Shown piece after piece: positions 9,733 to 19,720 of a stretch of DNA of 64,000 nt (positions are counted from its first letter, which is position 1; each line of letters begins with the position of its first letter). The DNA is taken from assembly GCA_963755715.1 (NCBI GenBank), contig CAVWLW010000026.1:1-64000 (forward strand), written 5' to 3'. The translations under genes were made by a program, and so were the position numbers. The notes beneath the pieces were generated by a model. It saw nothing but the letters and a program-made list of their open reading frames with translations. It searched no databases and was not told the DNA's origin. The stretch comes from an uncultured delta proteobacterium (lineage in GTDB: Bacteria; Desulfobacterota; Binatia; UBA9968).

Positions 9733-10333
9733 ATGCCTAGGAAATATTTTTCTTTCCTTTCGCTTCTCGCGCTTTGCGCGCTGAGCGGAACGGTTTTGAG
9801 CGCAACTGCGGAGAAAGCCAAAGACGAGCGCGTGGTTAAAGACGGCATGCTGGTGAGCTTGGATTACACGCTTAAAAGCCCGGACGGCAAACTGGTCGAA
9901 ACCAACAAAGGTAAAGAGCCGCTCAAATATGTTCACGGCCAAAAGATGATGATCCCCGGTCTGGAAAAGGAACTGACCGGAATGAAAGTCGGCGATGAAA
10001 AACATATTACGGTCAAGCCTGAAGACGGCTATGGCAAAATCAACCCCCAGGCCGTTCAGGAAGTGCCCAGGGAAAAAATCCCTGCAGAATGCTTTGAAGG
10101 TGGGCGCGGTGTTAGCGGCGAAAAGCCCTGAGGGAGGGGTCATACCGATGACGGTGCGCGAGATTAAAGAGAAGACGGTCGTCATGGACTTGAACCATCC
10201 GATGGCCGGAAAAACTCTGGTCTTCGACGTCAAAGTTGTCGACATACAACCTCCGCCGCCGCCCGCGGCGCCGGCGAAACCCAGCGCGCCCGCGCAGCCG
10301 GCCAAACCCGCAGACCCGGCACAGAAAAAATAA
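9733..10333 (+). CDS. slyD: Second SlyD-family FKBP with signal peptide and Pro/Ala tail (frameshift near 10085)
   Basis: ORFs 9733-10131 and 9995-10333 join: SLDYTL..PEDGYG / MDLNHPMAGKTLVFDV. Confidence 0.85.
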
Positions 10334-10354
10334 CTCGCTCGCCATCGCAGGAAG

Positions 10355-11110
10355 ATGATGGACCTCGAGGAATTTGCGACGCGCCTGCGCCGCTCCCGCG
10401 CGGTGGTCTTTTTCACCGGCGCGGGTATCAGCACGGAATCCGGCGTGCCCGACTTCCGCAGTCCAGGCGGCGTCTGGACGAAATATCAACCCGTGCTGTT
10501 TCAGGATTTTCTCGCCAGCGAATCGGCGCGGGTGCAACATTGGCAGCTCAAAAAAGCGACCTATGAGCTTTTCAAAACGGTCAAACCGAATCTCGCTCAT
10601 CAAGCGATCTGCGATTTTGAAAAGCGCGGCCAACTGCTCGGCCTGATCACGCAAAATATCGACGGCCTGCATAAGCTCGCCGGCACTTCCGAAGAAAAAT
10701 TAGTCGAGCTCCACGGCACCGATCGCCTCGTCACTTGCCTCGAATGCGGCAAGCGCTACGAGCCCGCCGAGGTTTATGAAAACTTGCCGGAAAAGTTTAC
10801 CGCGCCCACCTGCGACGAGTGCGACGGCTTTCTCAAATCGGCCAACGTTTCCTTCGGCCAGTCGATGCCGATCGTCGCGATGCAGCGCGCTCAAGCCTGG
10901 AGCGAGCAAGCCGATATCTTCATCGTCCTCGGCTCTTCACTGCAAGTTCAGCCCGCGGCCTCCTTCCCTGTGATCGCAAAACGGCGCGGCGCGCTCCTTG
11001 CCATCGTCAATCGCGATCCGACACCGCTCGATGATTTAGCCGACTTCGTTCATAATGGCGCCATCGGCGAGTTCTTTAAGCGATTGCGGCCATTGCTAAG
11101 CGACGGTTAG
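10355..11110 (+). CDS. cobB: Sir2-family NAD-dependent protein deacylase
   Basis: GAGISTESGVPDFRS, QNIDGLH, ELHG, two CxxC, GSSLQVQPAA. Confidence 0.93.
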   Translation: MMDLEEFATRLRRSRAVVFFTGAGISTESGVPDFRSPGGVWTKYQPVLFQDFLASESARVQHWQLKKATYELFKTVKPNLAHQAICDFEKRGQLLGLITQNIDGLHKLAGTSEEKLVELHGTDRLVTCLECGKRYEPAEVYENLPEKFTAPTCDECDGFLKSANVSFGQSMPIVAMQRAQAWSEQADIFIVLGSSLQVQPAASFPVIAKRRGALLAIVNRDPTPLDDLADFVHNGAIGEFFKRLRPLLSDG

Positions 11111-11165
11111 ATTTTGCGGTTTTGCCATATTTAACGAACGCTTTGAACCATCGAGGCTAATAGCG

Positions 11166-12027
11166 ATGCAGCTCATGCGTTTGGCCGATATGCCGCTGGA
11201 TCGGCGCGATCACGAGTCTTTCAATATTCCAAACCTCGCGCTTTGCATCGGCGCGATTAGCGCTCGCGGCATTGCATTTGCTTGACGCCATTCGGTTGGC
11301 TAAAAAGCCTCTGGCTTGCCTACTATATCGCAGCCGTTATCGTCATTGTATTTATTGATTTTGCACAAACTCGTCACGGCGCGTTTTCGTCCAACCAATT
11401 GGCTGGTGCGCATGACCGACGACGGGCTTTTCATAAAGTTCCGCTCTTATTTGAACTATCGGTTTTCCGATCAAGATCCCACCGTCGTTTTCATCCCGTA
11501 CTCCGAGATCAGCTCGGCAAAGTTGGTAAAAGAACGTCAAGCAATACCGGACCGCGACGGAGGCAACCCACGCGCCACGACGATCAGAACGCGGCGCTTC
11601 ATCGAACTGGAGCTCGCCGGCAACTCCGAGCCACTTGCGGACGCGCTGGCTGGTGAATCCAAGCGAGTGCTTCGCGAAGCCAGCTGATGGCGGCGCGAAC
11701 GTCTCCACCCGATACCAACACTTACCGGTCCGGCTGGCCACGCCAAATCTTCTGCGCATCGAATGGGGCGTCGTCCCGAATGCGCAAACCATCCTCGATG
11801 CGCTTACGCGCCACACGTTGGTTGATCACGCCACCGCAGTTTCGAAAAATTTCGTCAACCTCGACGGGCTCAGCCGCGAAGAGCAAGAATCGCGCTTGTT
11901 GGAATTGGCGCAATCCGGCGACATGATCGGCGCGGTGACCATGGCGCGAACGCTTTACGCGTATGATCTGGCAACGGCGAAACATTTTGTCGAATCCCTA
12001 ATTGTGAAACCAGCCAAGCCCGGATAG
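11166..12027 (+). CDS. Hypothetical membrane protein with C-terminal L7/L12-CTD-like motif (several frameshifts)
   Basis: Pieces 11282, 11316 and 11635 form one colinear gene ending GDMIGAVTMARTLYAYDLATAKHFVE. Confidence 0.55.
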
Positions 12028-12039
12028 ATCGATGCACGC

Positions 12040-12636
12040 ATGAATATCGAGAGCATTCTCGATTTTTGGTTCGGCACCCATCCCGACGATGCCGTGGTCG
12101 CCAAAGAACAAGCCAAGCTTTGGTGGTCTAAAAATGGCGAGACCGACGACGAGATGCGGCGGCGCTTCGAAGACGCTGTACGATCGGCGACCACGGGAGA
12201 GCTAAACGAATGGCTGGCAACGGCACGCGGGCGGTTGGCGTTGATTATTCTTACCGACCAATTCCCGCGCAATATTTATCGAGACACGGCCCGGGCGTTC
12301 TCCTGCGACTCAAAAGCGCTCGCGTGGTGCCTCGACGGCCTCGATAGTCGTATTGACCGCGAGCTTCGGCCAATCGAAAGGGTTTTCTTTTACCTTCCCC
12401 TGGAACACGCGGAGTCGCGTGAACACCAAGCAAAATCGGTCGAATGCTTTAGTGAATTAGCGGCGAGCGTGCCAATGGAACAAAGGAGCACTTTCGAAGA
12501 ATACCTCGATTTCGCGATGCGCCATCGCGACATTATCGACCGCTTCGGCCGGTTCCCGCACCGCAATAATATTCTCCGGCGCGAATCCACCCCGGAGGAA
12601 CTGGCGTTTCTCACGCAGTCGGGATCGTTCTTCTGA
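12040..12636 (+). CDS. DUF924 family protein
   Basis: ILDFWF, LTDQFPRNIYR, FFYLPLEHAE, RFGRFPHRN. Confidence 0.93.
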   Translation: MNIESILDFWFGTHPDDAVVAKEQAKLWWSKNGETDDEMRRRFEDAVRSATTGELNEWLATARGRLALIILTDQFPRNIYRDTARAFSCDSKALAWCLDGLDSRIDRELRPIERVFFYLPLEHAESREHQAKSVECFSELAASVPMEQRSTFEEYLDFAMRHRDIIDRFGRFPHRNNILRRESTPEELAFLTQSGSFF

Positions 12637-12637
12637 C

Positions 12638-12661
12638 GTAGGGGCGCGATTCATCGCGCCT
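12638..12661 (+). repeat. GTAG-type REP
   Basis: GTAGGGGCGCGATTCATCGCGCC. Confidence 0.75.
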
Positions 12662-12685
12662 CCTAGAATGCTCGCCACATCGGCA

Positions 12686-13640
12686 TCACAAGGGCTTGAG
12701 CAGAATCTTTCGCGTTCCCGGTCTTGTCGCATGTGCAACCGCTACCAAGCCATCATTCAAGCCGTAAATTTTTTCGATCAAAGGCGCCACCGAGACCTGC
12801 TTTGCCGCTAACGCAGCCAACGCGTCAGGAAACGGCCCGCAGCGCGAACCGATCACGTTAATTTCATTGATCACGATCGGCGCTAGCGACACCTGATGAT
12901 TTCCCGCAATCGTGCTCTTGAGAACCAACGTACCGCGCGGCCGCACGGCCGAAAGCGCCAACTCAAGGCCTGAAGCGGAACCGGTCGCTTCGACGACGAC
13001 ATCGAACCGACGCGGCTGCCAGCCACTCAGTTGAATCGTCCTGACGCCCGCCTTCTTGATCAAAGCCAGTTTATCGGCGTGTTTTCCCAGCGCGGTAATC
13101 TTCGCGCCCGTGAGTTGCAACACCTGCGCGCAAAGATTCCCTAACTTGCCGTCGCCGAGCACAAGCACCTCGTCGCCCGGGATTGATTTGAATCTGCGTG
13201 AGAATCTCGAACGCCGCGGCGAGAGGCTCCGTGAAGACCGCTTCTTCGTCACTGACGTTATCGGGAACGACGTGTAAATTTTCCAAAGGCACGGATACGC
13301 ATTCGGCGAACGCGCCATCCGCGTTGACAATGCCCATCACGGATCGATTGGGACAGTGCCGGCTTGAATCTTGCCGGCAGGCATCGCATTGACCGCAACC
13401 GAAATTGATCTCGCCCGCAACGCGCTTGCCGATAAGCTCGCCCGGCCCGTCACTGACCGAGCCGACGAACTCGTGGCCCGGCACGCCCTTGAAACTCATG
13501 TAGCCTTTAAAGATTTGCAGATCCGTGGAGCAGATACCGGCCAGATGCACCTTGATCAGCGCGGAGCGAGGGCCGGCGTCCGGCGCGCGGTAGGCAGAGT
13601 TAAACGTGAGTTCGCGACCGTCCCAGTAAAGCGCGCGCAT
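12686..13640 (-). CDS. Zn-dependent medium-chain alcohol dehydrogenase (frameshift near 13185)
   Basis: GICSTD, GHEFVG, C..C..C..C structural Zn site, GDGKLG, VIGSRCGPF. Confidence 0.9.
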
Positions 13641-13657
13641 ATCGACGGAGGTTCAAA

Positions 13658-14470
13658 TCACGTTCTTAGCGGATGCGCCCATTTGGTCTGCGGCGTCGGC
13701 ATCAATTCGCCGTCGACGTAGATGTCGCAACCGCGCTCGTGGAAGAAACAGAGCAGTCCTTTGATTTTTGGAATCTCCGCGATCGGCTCCATATAACCCC
13801 AAACAAGGTCGCTGAAAGCCTCACCGCTGATCTTCACCGACCAATACGACGCCGGCCCCTTGTAAGGACAGCGCGAAGTGGTCGCGCTTGGCGTGAGCAT
13901 ATCCATGCGCACGTCTTCTTGCGGAATGTAGTAACGCACCGGGTGGTTGGTCTCGAAGACGAGATGCGGCCGGCGCGTCTCGGCCACCGTGTGGCCGTCG
14001 ACGACCACGCGTACATGGCGCTTGCTCGGCAGGGCGTCGACGCGCTTGTAGGGATCGCGCGCGTGCTTGAAAAGCTCCTCGTCTTCTTCCATCCACTTAT
14101 CCATTTTAGGCCATTCGAAAGCAAAATGATTTTTCAGGCTCGCCGCCTCGGGGCGCGGCGCCGTGTAACTCCACGCCGCGTTTTCGGCGCGGCGCTCACC
14201 GACTTGAATGGACCAATACGAAGCTTCACCTTTGATCGGGCACTCGCTCTTGTTTTGACTCGGCACGAAAAGATCCGTGCGCACGTCTTCTTTGGGAAAG
14301 TAATAAGCCGGCAAAATCTCCGCCTCGCGTAAGAGCTTGGCGCGCTTGCTGTCTGCAATCGTCTCGCCGGCGAACATAACGCGCACATGGCGCGGACTTT
14401 CGCTCACATGGACCCAGTGGCCGGGATCACCATGTATCGGCACACGCTGCTGGGTGACGTTGCTCTCCAT
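13658..14470 (-). CDS. Tandem DUF427 domain protein
   Basis: Two repeats of YY.P.EDVR..CP.KG.ASYWS. Confidence 0.9.
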   Translation of the reverse strand: MESNVTQQRVPIHGDPGHWVHVSESPRHVRVMFAGETIADSKRAKLLREAEILPAYYFPKEDVRTDLFVPSQNKSECPIKGEASYWSIQVGERRAENAAWSYTAPRPEAASLKNHFAFEWPKMDKWMEEDEELFKHARDPYKRVDALPSKRHVRVVVDGHTVAETRRPHLVFETNHPVRYYIPQEDVRMDMLTPSATTSRCPYKGPASYWSVKISGEAFSDLVWGYMEPIAEIPKIKGLLCFFHERGCDIYVDGELMPTPQTKWAHPLRT

Positions 14471-14487
14471 AAATCACTCCTTAACCG

Positions 14488-14547
14488 AGGGCGACCAGCC
14501 GGTCGCCCCTACAAAAGCCATCTTCGTGCACTTCGTGTCCTTCGTGT
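14488..14547. repeat. REP plus half CTTCGTG repeat
   Basis: agggcgaccagccggtcgcccctac then cttcgtgcacttcgtgtccttcgtg. Confidence 0.7.
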
Positions 14548-14557
14548 GAAAAATGTC

Positions 14558-15511
14558 TCAATTCAGCTTCTTAAGCTTCTGTAAGCTGCGCAGCTCGCGC
14601 GGCGGCTGCAAGCGCTGTCCCATAATCGTCCACGACACTTCGCCGACGTAAATATCGCCGCGCGAGTCGATGGCGATGCCGTGAGGCGCGATGAACTGTC
14701 CCGGCTTTTCGCCCGGGAAAATATCGCCCAAGCGCGCCAACCGCTTGCCGGTCTTGTCATAAATGTCGACTCGATTGCCCAAGTTCGGCGCGTCTTTGTT
14801 GACGCCCAGTCCGGGACCCAATTCACCGACGTAACAGACCGGATCTTTCTGGGTCACGTCCATATAGAGCGCGCAGGGCCGGTGCATGTTGTTCCACTGG
14901 GTTTCGTACTTGCCATTGCCATCGAAAACTTGCACACGGTTGTTTTCCCGGTCGGCAACGTAAACCCAGCCGTCTTTGTCCGTCACGATGTTGTGCACGA
15001 TATTGAATTGTCCGGGATCGGAACCCGACTCGCCCCAGGACAACAAGAGCTTTCCATCCGGCGAATATTTATGCACGCGCGAATTTCCGTAGCCGTCGGA
15101 CACGTAAATATCCCCCTGCGGCGAGAAGGCCACGTGGGTGCAGCGATTGAACGGTTCGCCGCCTTGATACGGCGCGGCTTGGCCAGGCACCCCGAGCGTC
15201 ATGAGAATTTTTCCGTCGAGCGTGCATTTGCGCACCGTGTGGTCGCCGTCGTCGGTGAGAAAAACCGTGTCGTCCGGACCCATGGTGGCGCCATGCGCCC
15301 GCTTGAAAACGCCGTCGCCCCAGGAGCGAAGAAAGTTGCCGTCGCGGTCGAAGACGATCACCGGATGCTTGCCGCGCGTGAAACAATAAACCTGATCCTT
15401 GCCATCGACAGCGACCGCCGCCACTTCATGAAAAGTCCAATCGCCGGGCAGTTTTCCCCATCCTTCGATCACTTCATAACGGAACTCGCCGCTTCCTAAT
15501 ACGACCGCCAT
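14558..15511 (-). CDS. NHL-repeat peptidyl-alpha-hydroxyglycine alpha-amidating lyase family protein
   Basis: YVSDGYGNSRV, YVADRENNRVQVFD, PHGIAIDSRGDIYV. Confidence 0.88.
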   Translation of the reverse strand: MAVVLGSGEFRYEVIEGWGKLPGDWTFHEVAAVAVDGKDQVYCFTRGKHPVIVFDRDGNFLRSWGDGVFKRAHGATMGPDDTVFLTDDGDHTVRKCTLDGKILMTLGVPGQAAPYQGGEPFNRCTHVAFSPQGDIYVSDGYGNSRVHKYSPDGKLLLSWGESGSDPGQFNIVHNIVTDKDGWVYVADRENNRVQVFDGNGKYETQWNNMHRPCALYMDVTQKDPVCYVGELGPGLGVNKDAPNLGNRVDIYDKTGKRLARLGDIFPGEKPGQFIAPHGIAIDSRGDIYVGEVSWTIMGQRLQPPRELRSLQKLKKLN

Positions 15512-15567
15512 AAAGCCTCCTTAATCCGTGCAATCCTCGATCTTCGAGTCTCGATCCTCGGATTTTT

Positions 15568-15882
15568 CTATTCCGCTTCATGCTCATACACCGGACGCCA
15601 AGCTTCAAACCCGCCGCTCATGCTCGCGACGTTCTTAAAACCATTCTCGATGAGAAACGCCGTCGCTCCGAGACTGCTATTGCCGTGATAACAATACACC
15701 ACTACCGCCTGTTCCTTGGCGGTGTTCTGCAGAAACGCCTGGACGTTGCCGTCGTTGAGCTGAATCGCGCCGGGAATGTGCGCTTGGCGATAGGAGCCGG
15801 GATCGCGAATATCGACGAACAAACAACTCTTCGCATCGAGCTTCTGTTTAGCCTCGTGAACGGGTATCTGGGGAATTTCCAT
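15568..15882 (-). CDS. glpE: Single-domain rhodanese, GlpE-like
   Basis: VDIRD, HIPGA, YCYHGNSS, SMSGGFEAW. Confidence 0.88.
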   Translation of the reverse strand: MEIPQIPVHEAKQKLDAKSCLFVDIRDPGSYRQAHIPGAIQLNDGNVQAFLQNTAKEQAVVVYCYHGNSSLGATAFLIENGFKNVASMSGGFEAWRPVYEHEAE

Positions 15883-15983
15883 AGTCGCTCTCCTGGCCTG
15901 ACGCTGCCGTTTTATCAAGCTCGAATCGAGCTGTCCACAGCGAGAAATTTTTCGCCGATTGCGTAGGCTCTAAGCCGGCCAAC

Positions 15984-15992
15984 TGCTATAAT
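15984..15992 (+). promoter_or_regulatory. Extended -10 promoter (TGnTATAAT)
   Basis: TGCTATAAT 8 nt before ATG 16001, no SD. Confidence 0.5.
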
Positions 15993-16000
15993 CGCGCGCC

Positions 16001-17158
16001 ATGAACTTTTCTCCGCTTACCTTATATGTTTTGGCGGCCATCTTTCAGACCGCCGGATCGTCCGGCGCGGCGATGCTCGCGCCATTTTTTATGAAGGCTC
16101 ATGGCTATTCCGTCGCCGCGGCCGGCGTGCCGTTGGTCGCCAACGGGGTCGGACGCGTTTGTTCCGATGTCATGTCCGGCATCATGGCAACTTATTTCAG
16201 TCCCGGATCGCTGCTCTTCGCCGCCATGATTATCGGCATCGCCACCAGCATCGTCGGCTATGCTTTCATGGACGCCATGCCGGTTTTTCTCACCGCCTGG
16301 ATTATATTCGGCTTGACCGAAGCGATGTTTGCGTTGTCGCTGAGAAAAATCGGCTTCGACCAATCTCCGCCCGATCGCCAGGGGAGCGTGCAGGGGCAAA
16401 TGGCCTCGGCGTTAGGCATCGGCTTTACCCTTGGCCCGCTGTTCGGCGGTTTCGTCGGCAAGTGGCTCGGGCCGGACGGATTATTTTTTCTCTATGCCGG
16501 GCCGCAATTGATCGGGATGGTCATTGTTTTCCTCGCCGGCGCACATCGTTATCGTCAGAAAAACCAAAACACCAAGCCAAATCTGTGGCGCGAAGGCCGG
16601 CAGCTGCTCGGTAAAATTCCTTTTCTCGCTTCGTGCCTGGCGATCTGTCAGTCTTTTTTATTCTTGGTCGGCGTCACGCGCGTGGCGTTTCCATTTCTCG
16701 CGGTCAACCTGCGCGGCATCAGCTTGGAAACCGTCGGGATGATTGTTTCCATCTCGCGTCTTACCGACACCTTCGGGCGCTACGTCGGCGGCCGGCTTTG
16801 CGATCGCTTCCGACCCGCCAGCGTCATCTTGCTCGGAGTCGCTCTCGGCGTGCCAATGCTTTTGCTGCAAGTACTTGGCTCCGGCTGGGTCACTCTGATG
16901 ATTCCTTTGGCGATCATGACGATGGGCTTTGGCTTTACCAATGTCGGCGCCACGACATTCGCACTGCAATCGGCTGATCGCGGTGCCAAAGAATTAGCGC
17001 TGGGCATATCGCGCGCCTCCACGTCGTTCGGCCAAGCGATCGGACCGTTAGTATGCGGCGCACTGATCGAACAGATGGGCTATGAAGGAGGGTTTCAGAC
17101 GATGGCGGTTATCTCGGCCGTGGTGCTGATCGTCACCTGGATCGGCCTAAGAAAATGA
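16001..17158 (+). CDS. MFS transporter
   Basis: About 12 TM segments, GRLCDRF, GFTLGPLFGG. Confidence 0.88.
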   Translation: MNFSPLTLYVLAAIFQTAGSSGAAMLAPFFMKAHGYSVAAAGVPLVANGVGRVCSDVMSGIMATYFSPGSLLFAAMIIGIATSIVGYAFMDAMPVFLTAWIIFGLTEAMFALSLRKIGFDQSPPDRQGSVQGQMASALGIGFTLGPLFGGFVGKWLGPDGLFFLYAGPQLIGMVIVFLAGAHRYRQKNQNTKPNLWREGRQLLGKIPFLASCLAICQSFLFLVGVTRVAFPFLAVNLRGISLETVGMIVSISRLTDTFGRYVGGRLCDRFRPASVILLGVALGVPMLLLQVLGSGWVTLMIPLAIMTMGFGFTNVGATTFALQSADRGAKELALGISRASTSFGQAIGPLVCGALIEQMGYEGGFQTMAVISAVVLIVTWIGLRK

Positions 17159-17160
17159 CC

Positions 17161-17188
17161 GTAGGGGCGCAGCATGCTGCACCCCCAC
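17161..17188 (+). repeat. GTAG-type REP
   Basis: GTAGGGGCGCAGCATGCTGCACCCC between convergent genes. Confidence 0.75.
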
Positions 17189-17203
17189 AAGTCGCGAATT
17201 CGA

Positions 17204-17995
17204 TCAGCGCAATCCTTTGTAGTCCTCGCCAATTGCCAGATCTTTCAAATACTCGATACTGTTGTTGGCATAACCGACCTGTCCCGCTTTTTCGGCGCGC
17301 CAGGCATCGAGATATTTGACGATGTCATCGAGCGGCAGCACGTCGGCGTACTTCTGATTCATGTCGAAGAGATTGATCGCGTGGCAAGCTTCGTGCCGAT
17401 CGAACACGCATTCTTCCGCGACGACCATGCGTAGACGATTGGTCGTGCCGTCGACGACGCTGGCGCGCACGCAGCCGCTGGTGCTCTCGCCGCAGGTGAT
17501 AATGGTATCGACGCCGAGAAAATTGAGGTGGCCAACCAAGGGCGTGCCCCAGAACGCGCTCGGCGAGACTTTCTTGAACACGGTTTCGCCGGGGATCGGT
17601 TTGACTTGATCGACGATGTCGTAACGGCGCCGAAAGCGATCCAGCTCTTCGGCGCTCATGGTCGCGCGCTTTTTGGTATCGCGCCGGAAAGCCCAAGGCT
17701 CGACCGCGACTCCGTCCATGCCGGTGACGTGAATGACGGGAATCCCGACTTCGCGCGCCTTGGCCAGTAGTTTTTGAATATGCGGCAAAGCGTTCCATCC
17801 GGCCAGCCCGCAACTTCCCGGCCAAGTCTTGATCGCCTCGGTCACGGCCTCCGGCTTGTCGCCAAAAACCCAGCGATAAAGATCGATCAGCAACAATGCC
17901 GGCCTCTCACCGAAGCCGATGCGCCGATCCGCCTTGCCGACTAAAGTAGCTTTGTCTTGCTCTGTCAGAAATTTTTCCCAAACCCGCTCAGCCAT
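17204..17995 (-). CDS. Isochorismatase-family cysteine hydrolase (maleamate/N-carbamoylsarcosine amidase-like)
   Basis: ALLLID, K..PSAF, GESTSGCVRAS, QKYADV. Confidence 0.9.
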   Translation of the reverse strand: MAERVWEKFLTEQDKATLVGKADRRIGFGERPALLLIDLYRWVFGDKPEAVTEAIKTWPGSCGLAGWNALPHIQKLLAKAREVGIPVIHVTGMDGVAVEPWAFRRDTKKRATMSAEELDRFRRRYDIVDQVKPIPGETVFKKVSPSAFWGTPLVGHLNFLGVDTIITCGESTSGCVRASVVDGTTNRLRMVVAEECVFDRHEACHAINLFDMNQKYADVLPLDDIVKYLDAWRAEKAGQVGYANNSIEYLKDLAIGEDYKGLR

Positions 17996-18175
17996 GAAAC
18001 ACCTCCGATTTGAGTTGAATAGATTGGAAACTTATCACCGCGATCGTTTCACCGTCAAGATGATGAAGAACGAAAACAGCTCACGCCACGAGATTGGCAT
18101 AATCACGGGATACGACATGACATCAAAACGGCGACATCACCGCGGAGAATGTGTGTTCCATGTTATTCCGAACGA

Positions 18176-18308
18176 CAGACTGTGTGAAAACTCTCTCGGA
18201 GCCCTTCGACGATGCTCAGGGCGAACGGATAAGTACTCTATTTCTAATGAGACTACACCGTTCGTGGTGAGCCTTGTCGAACCATGAACGGTGTTTTCAC
18301 ACAGTCTG
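18176..18308. mobile_element. 133-bp MITE with perfect 16-bp TIRs and 4-bp TSD
   Basis: CAGACTGTGTGAAAAC (18176-18191) / GTTTTCACACAGTCTG (18293-18308), flanked by ACGA on both sides. Confidence 0.85.
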
Positions 18309-18411
18309 ACGAAGTGAAGAATCTCGCCTCAAGATGCTCACACATTCTGATCGTCTGTAGGTCTCTAGATCGCGGTTGCCCCCGACGTTTCGTTGGCGTT
18401 ATAGTCACTTC

Positions 18412-18927
18412 ATGAAAGAGCTAATTCCTATCGACCTCACGGATGTCATCGAAGATGTCAAAGCCGAAGGCAAAGGCCGCCGCGTTTTGTGGCAAGATTC
18501 TGAGTCGATTGCGTTTTTGAGCAGCGGTCGCAAGGAGCGCTGGGACTTTCACATCGACCCGGCGGACGAAGTGACGTTGCAACTGACCGGAACGCAGCAT
18601 CTGGTCTATCGAACACCCGATGGCAAGGAACAAACCGCGGACATAAAAGCCGGCCAAATTCTCCTCTGCCCTGCCGGCGTGCCGCACTCGCCGCGCCTTG
18701 AACCCAATTCCTGGTTCATCGTCTTTGAGCGCAAGCGCCGGGCCGGTGAGATCGACCACTTCAAATGGTTCTGCAATAAGTGCGGCGAGAAAGTTCACGA
18801 GACCTCCGTCGAGGTCGGCGATTACCGCGCCGATCCGGTCGGGCAGGTCTACCAGAAGTTTTCCAGCGACGAGAAACTGCGCACCTGCAAAAACTGCGGC
18901 ACGGTGGTTCCCGCGCCGCCCGGATAA
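18412..18927 (+). CDS. nbaC: 3-hydroxyanthranilate 3,4-dioxygenase-like cupin
   Basis: R.DFHIDPADE, PHSP, ERKR, rubredoxin-like CNKC/CKNC. Confidence 0.8.
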   Translation: MKELIPIDLTDVIEDVKAEGKGRRVLWQDSESIAFLSSGRKERWDFHIDPADEVTLQLTGTQHLVYRTPDGKEQTADIKAGQILLCPAGVPHSPRLEPNSWFIVFERKRRAGEIDHFKWFCNKCGEKVHETSVEVGDYRADPVGQVYQKFSSDEKLRTCKNCGTVVPAPPG

Positions 18928-18941
18928 ATTTACCAAGCAAA

Positions 18942-19718
18942 ATGAGTGATCGACCTATCGCGCAACTGACCAAGCTGGCCGCCGATTTTCGCCGGGCGGA
19001 GGTCCAGGTCGTGCGCGCTTTCTTCATAAAACCACGGCGCGCCAAAGAGCATGTGCGCTGGCTCAAGGCGCAGGGCTTCAAAGAGTATTCCGCGATCAAG
19101 CCGATCGTCGCCGCGCTGGCCGCGCTTCATGCCAATATCGACCGCGGCATCGACCGCCATGATTACACCGAGCTGACCGAGAAGCTGGCGGATGAAACCA
19201 AGCACGCGCGTCTGGTCATGGATCTTCTCCAGGAAATCTGCGGCAAGAAAATCACACCGCGCGATCTTACTTGGCTGCCGCAAGATCGCAAGCTCGCCAA
19301 GGTGCGGGCAAAATATTCCAAGAGCTATGCCGGGCTTTTGCACGGTTCAGAGAAAATCACCGCCCGTGAAATGAAACGGCGCGACGAAGAATTGGAGCGC
19401 GCCGCGATCACGCTCACGGAAGGCGGCGGCGGCGCGCTGTATCAGGTCTGCCGCAAGCTTCGGAAAAACGGCATCCAAGGAAAGATCGCCCGAGTGTTTC
19501 ACGAGATTTTGCGCGACGAAGTCGGACACAAAGACAGCGGCCGGCGCGCGCTCGCGGCATTGGTCAGAACTGAAAGGTCGTTTAAACGCGCAACCGAAAT
19601 TATTTGCGAAGTCTCATGTCAGCGCCTGCGCATGCGCAACGAGCAGTTCGGCTTTCCATTGAGCGCATCGGAGATCGCCGACCTCGAGCAGCGGGCGCGC
19701 CGGGCGCTCATGAAATAA
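18942..19718 (+). CDS. Ferritin-like domain protein
   Basis: Paired ExxH motifs DETKH and DEVGH, helical sequence. Confidence 0.7.
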   Translation: MSDRPIAQLTKLAADFRRAEVQVVRAFFIKPRRAKEHVRWLKAQGFKEYSAIKPIVAALAALHANIDRGIDRHDYTELTEKLADETKHARLVMDLLQEICGKKITPRDLTWLPQDRKLAKVRAKYSKSYAGLLHGSEKITAREMKRRDEELERAAITLTEGGGGALYQVCRKLRKNGIQGKIARVFHEILRDEVGHKDSGRRALAALVRTERSFKRATEIICEVSCQRLRMRNEQFGFPLSASEIADLEQRARRALMK

Positions 19719-19720
19719 AG

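Noticed and set aside
10355-11110. Sir2 as an anti-phage defence effector
   Set aside because: Canonical Zn-binding CobB-type deacylase with no defence partner genes
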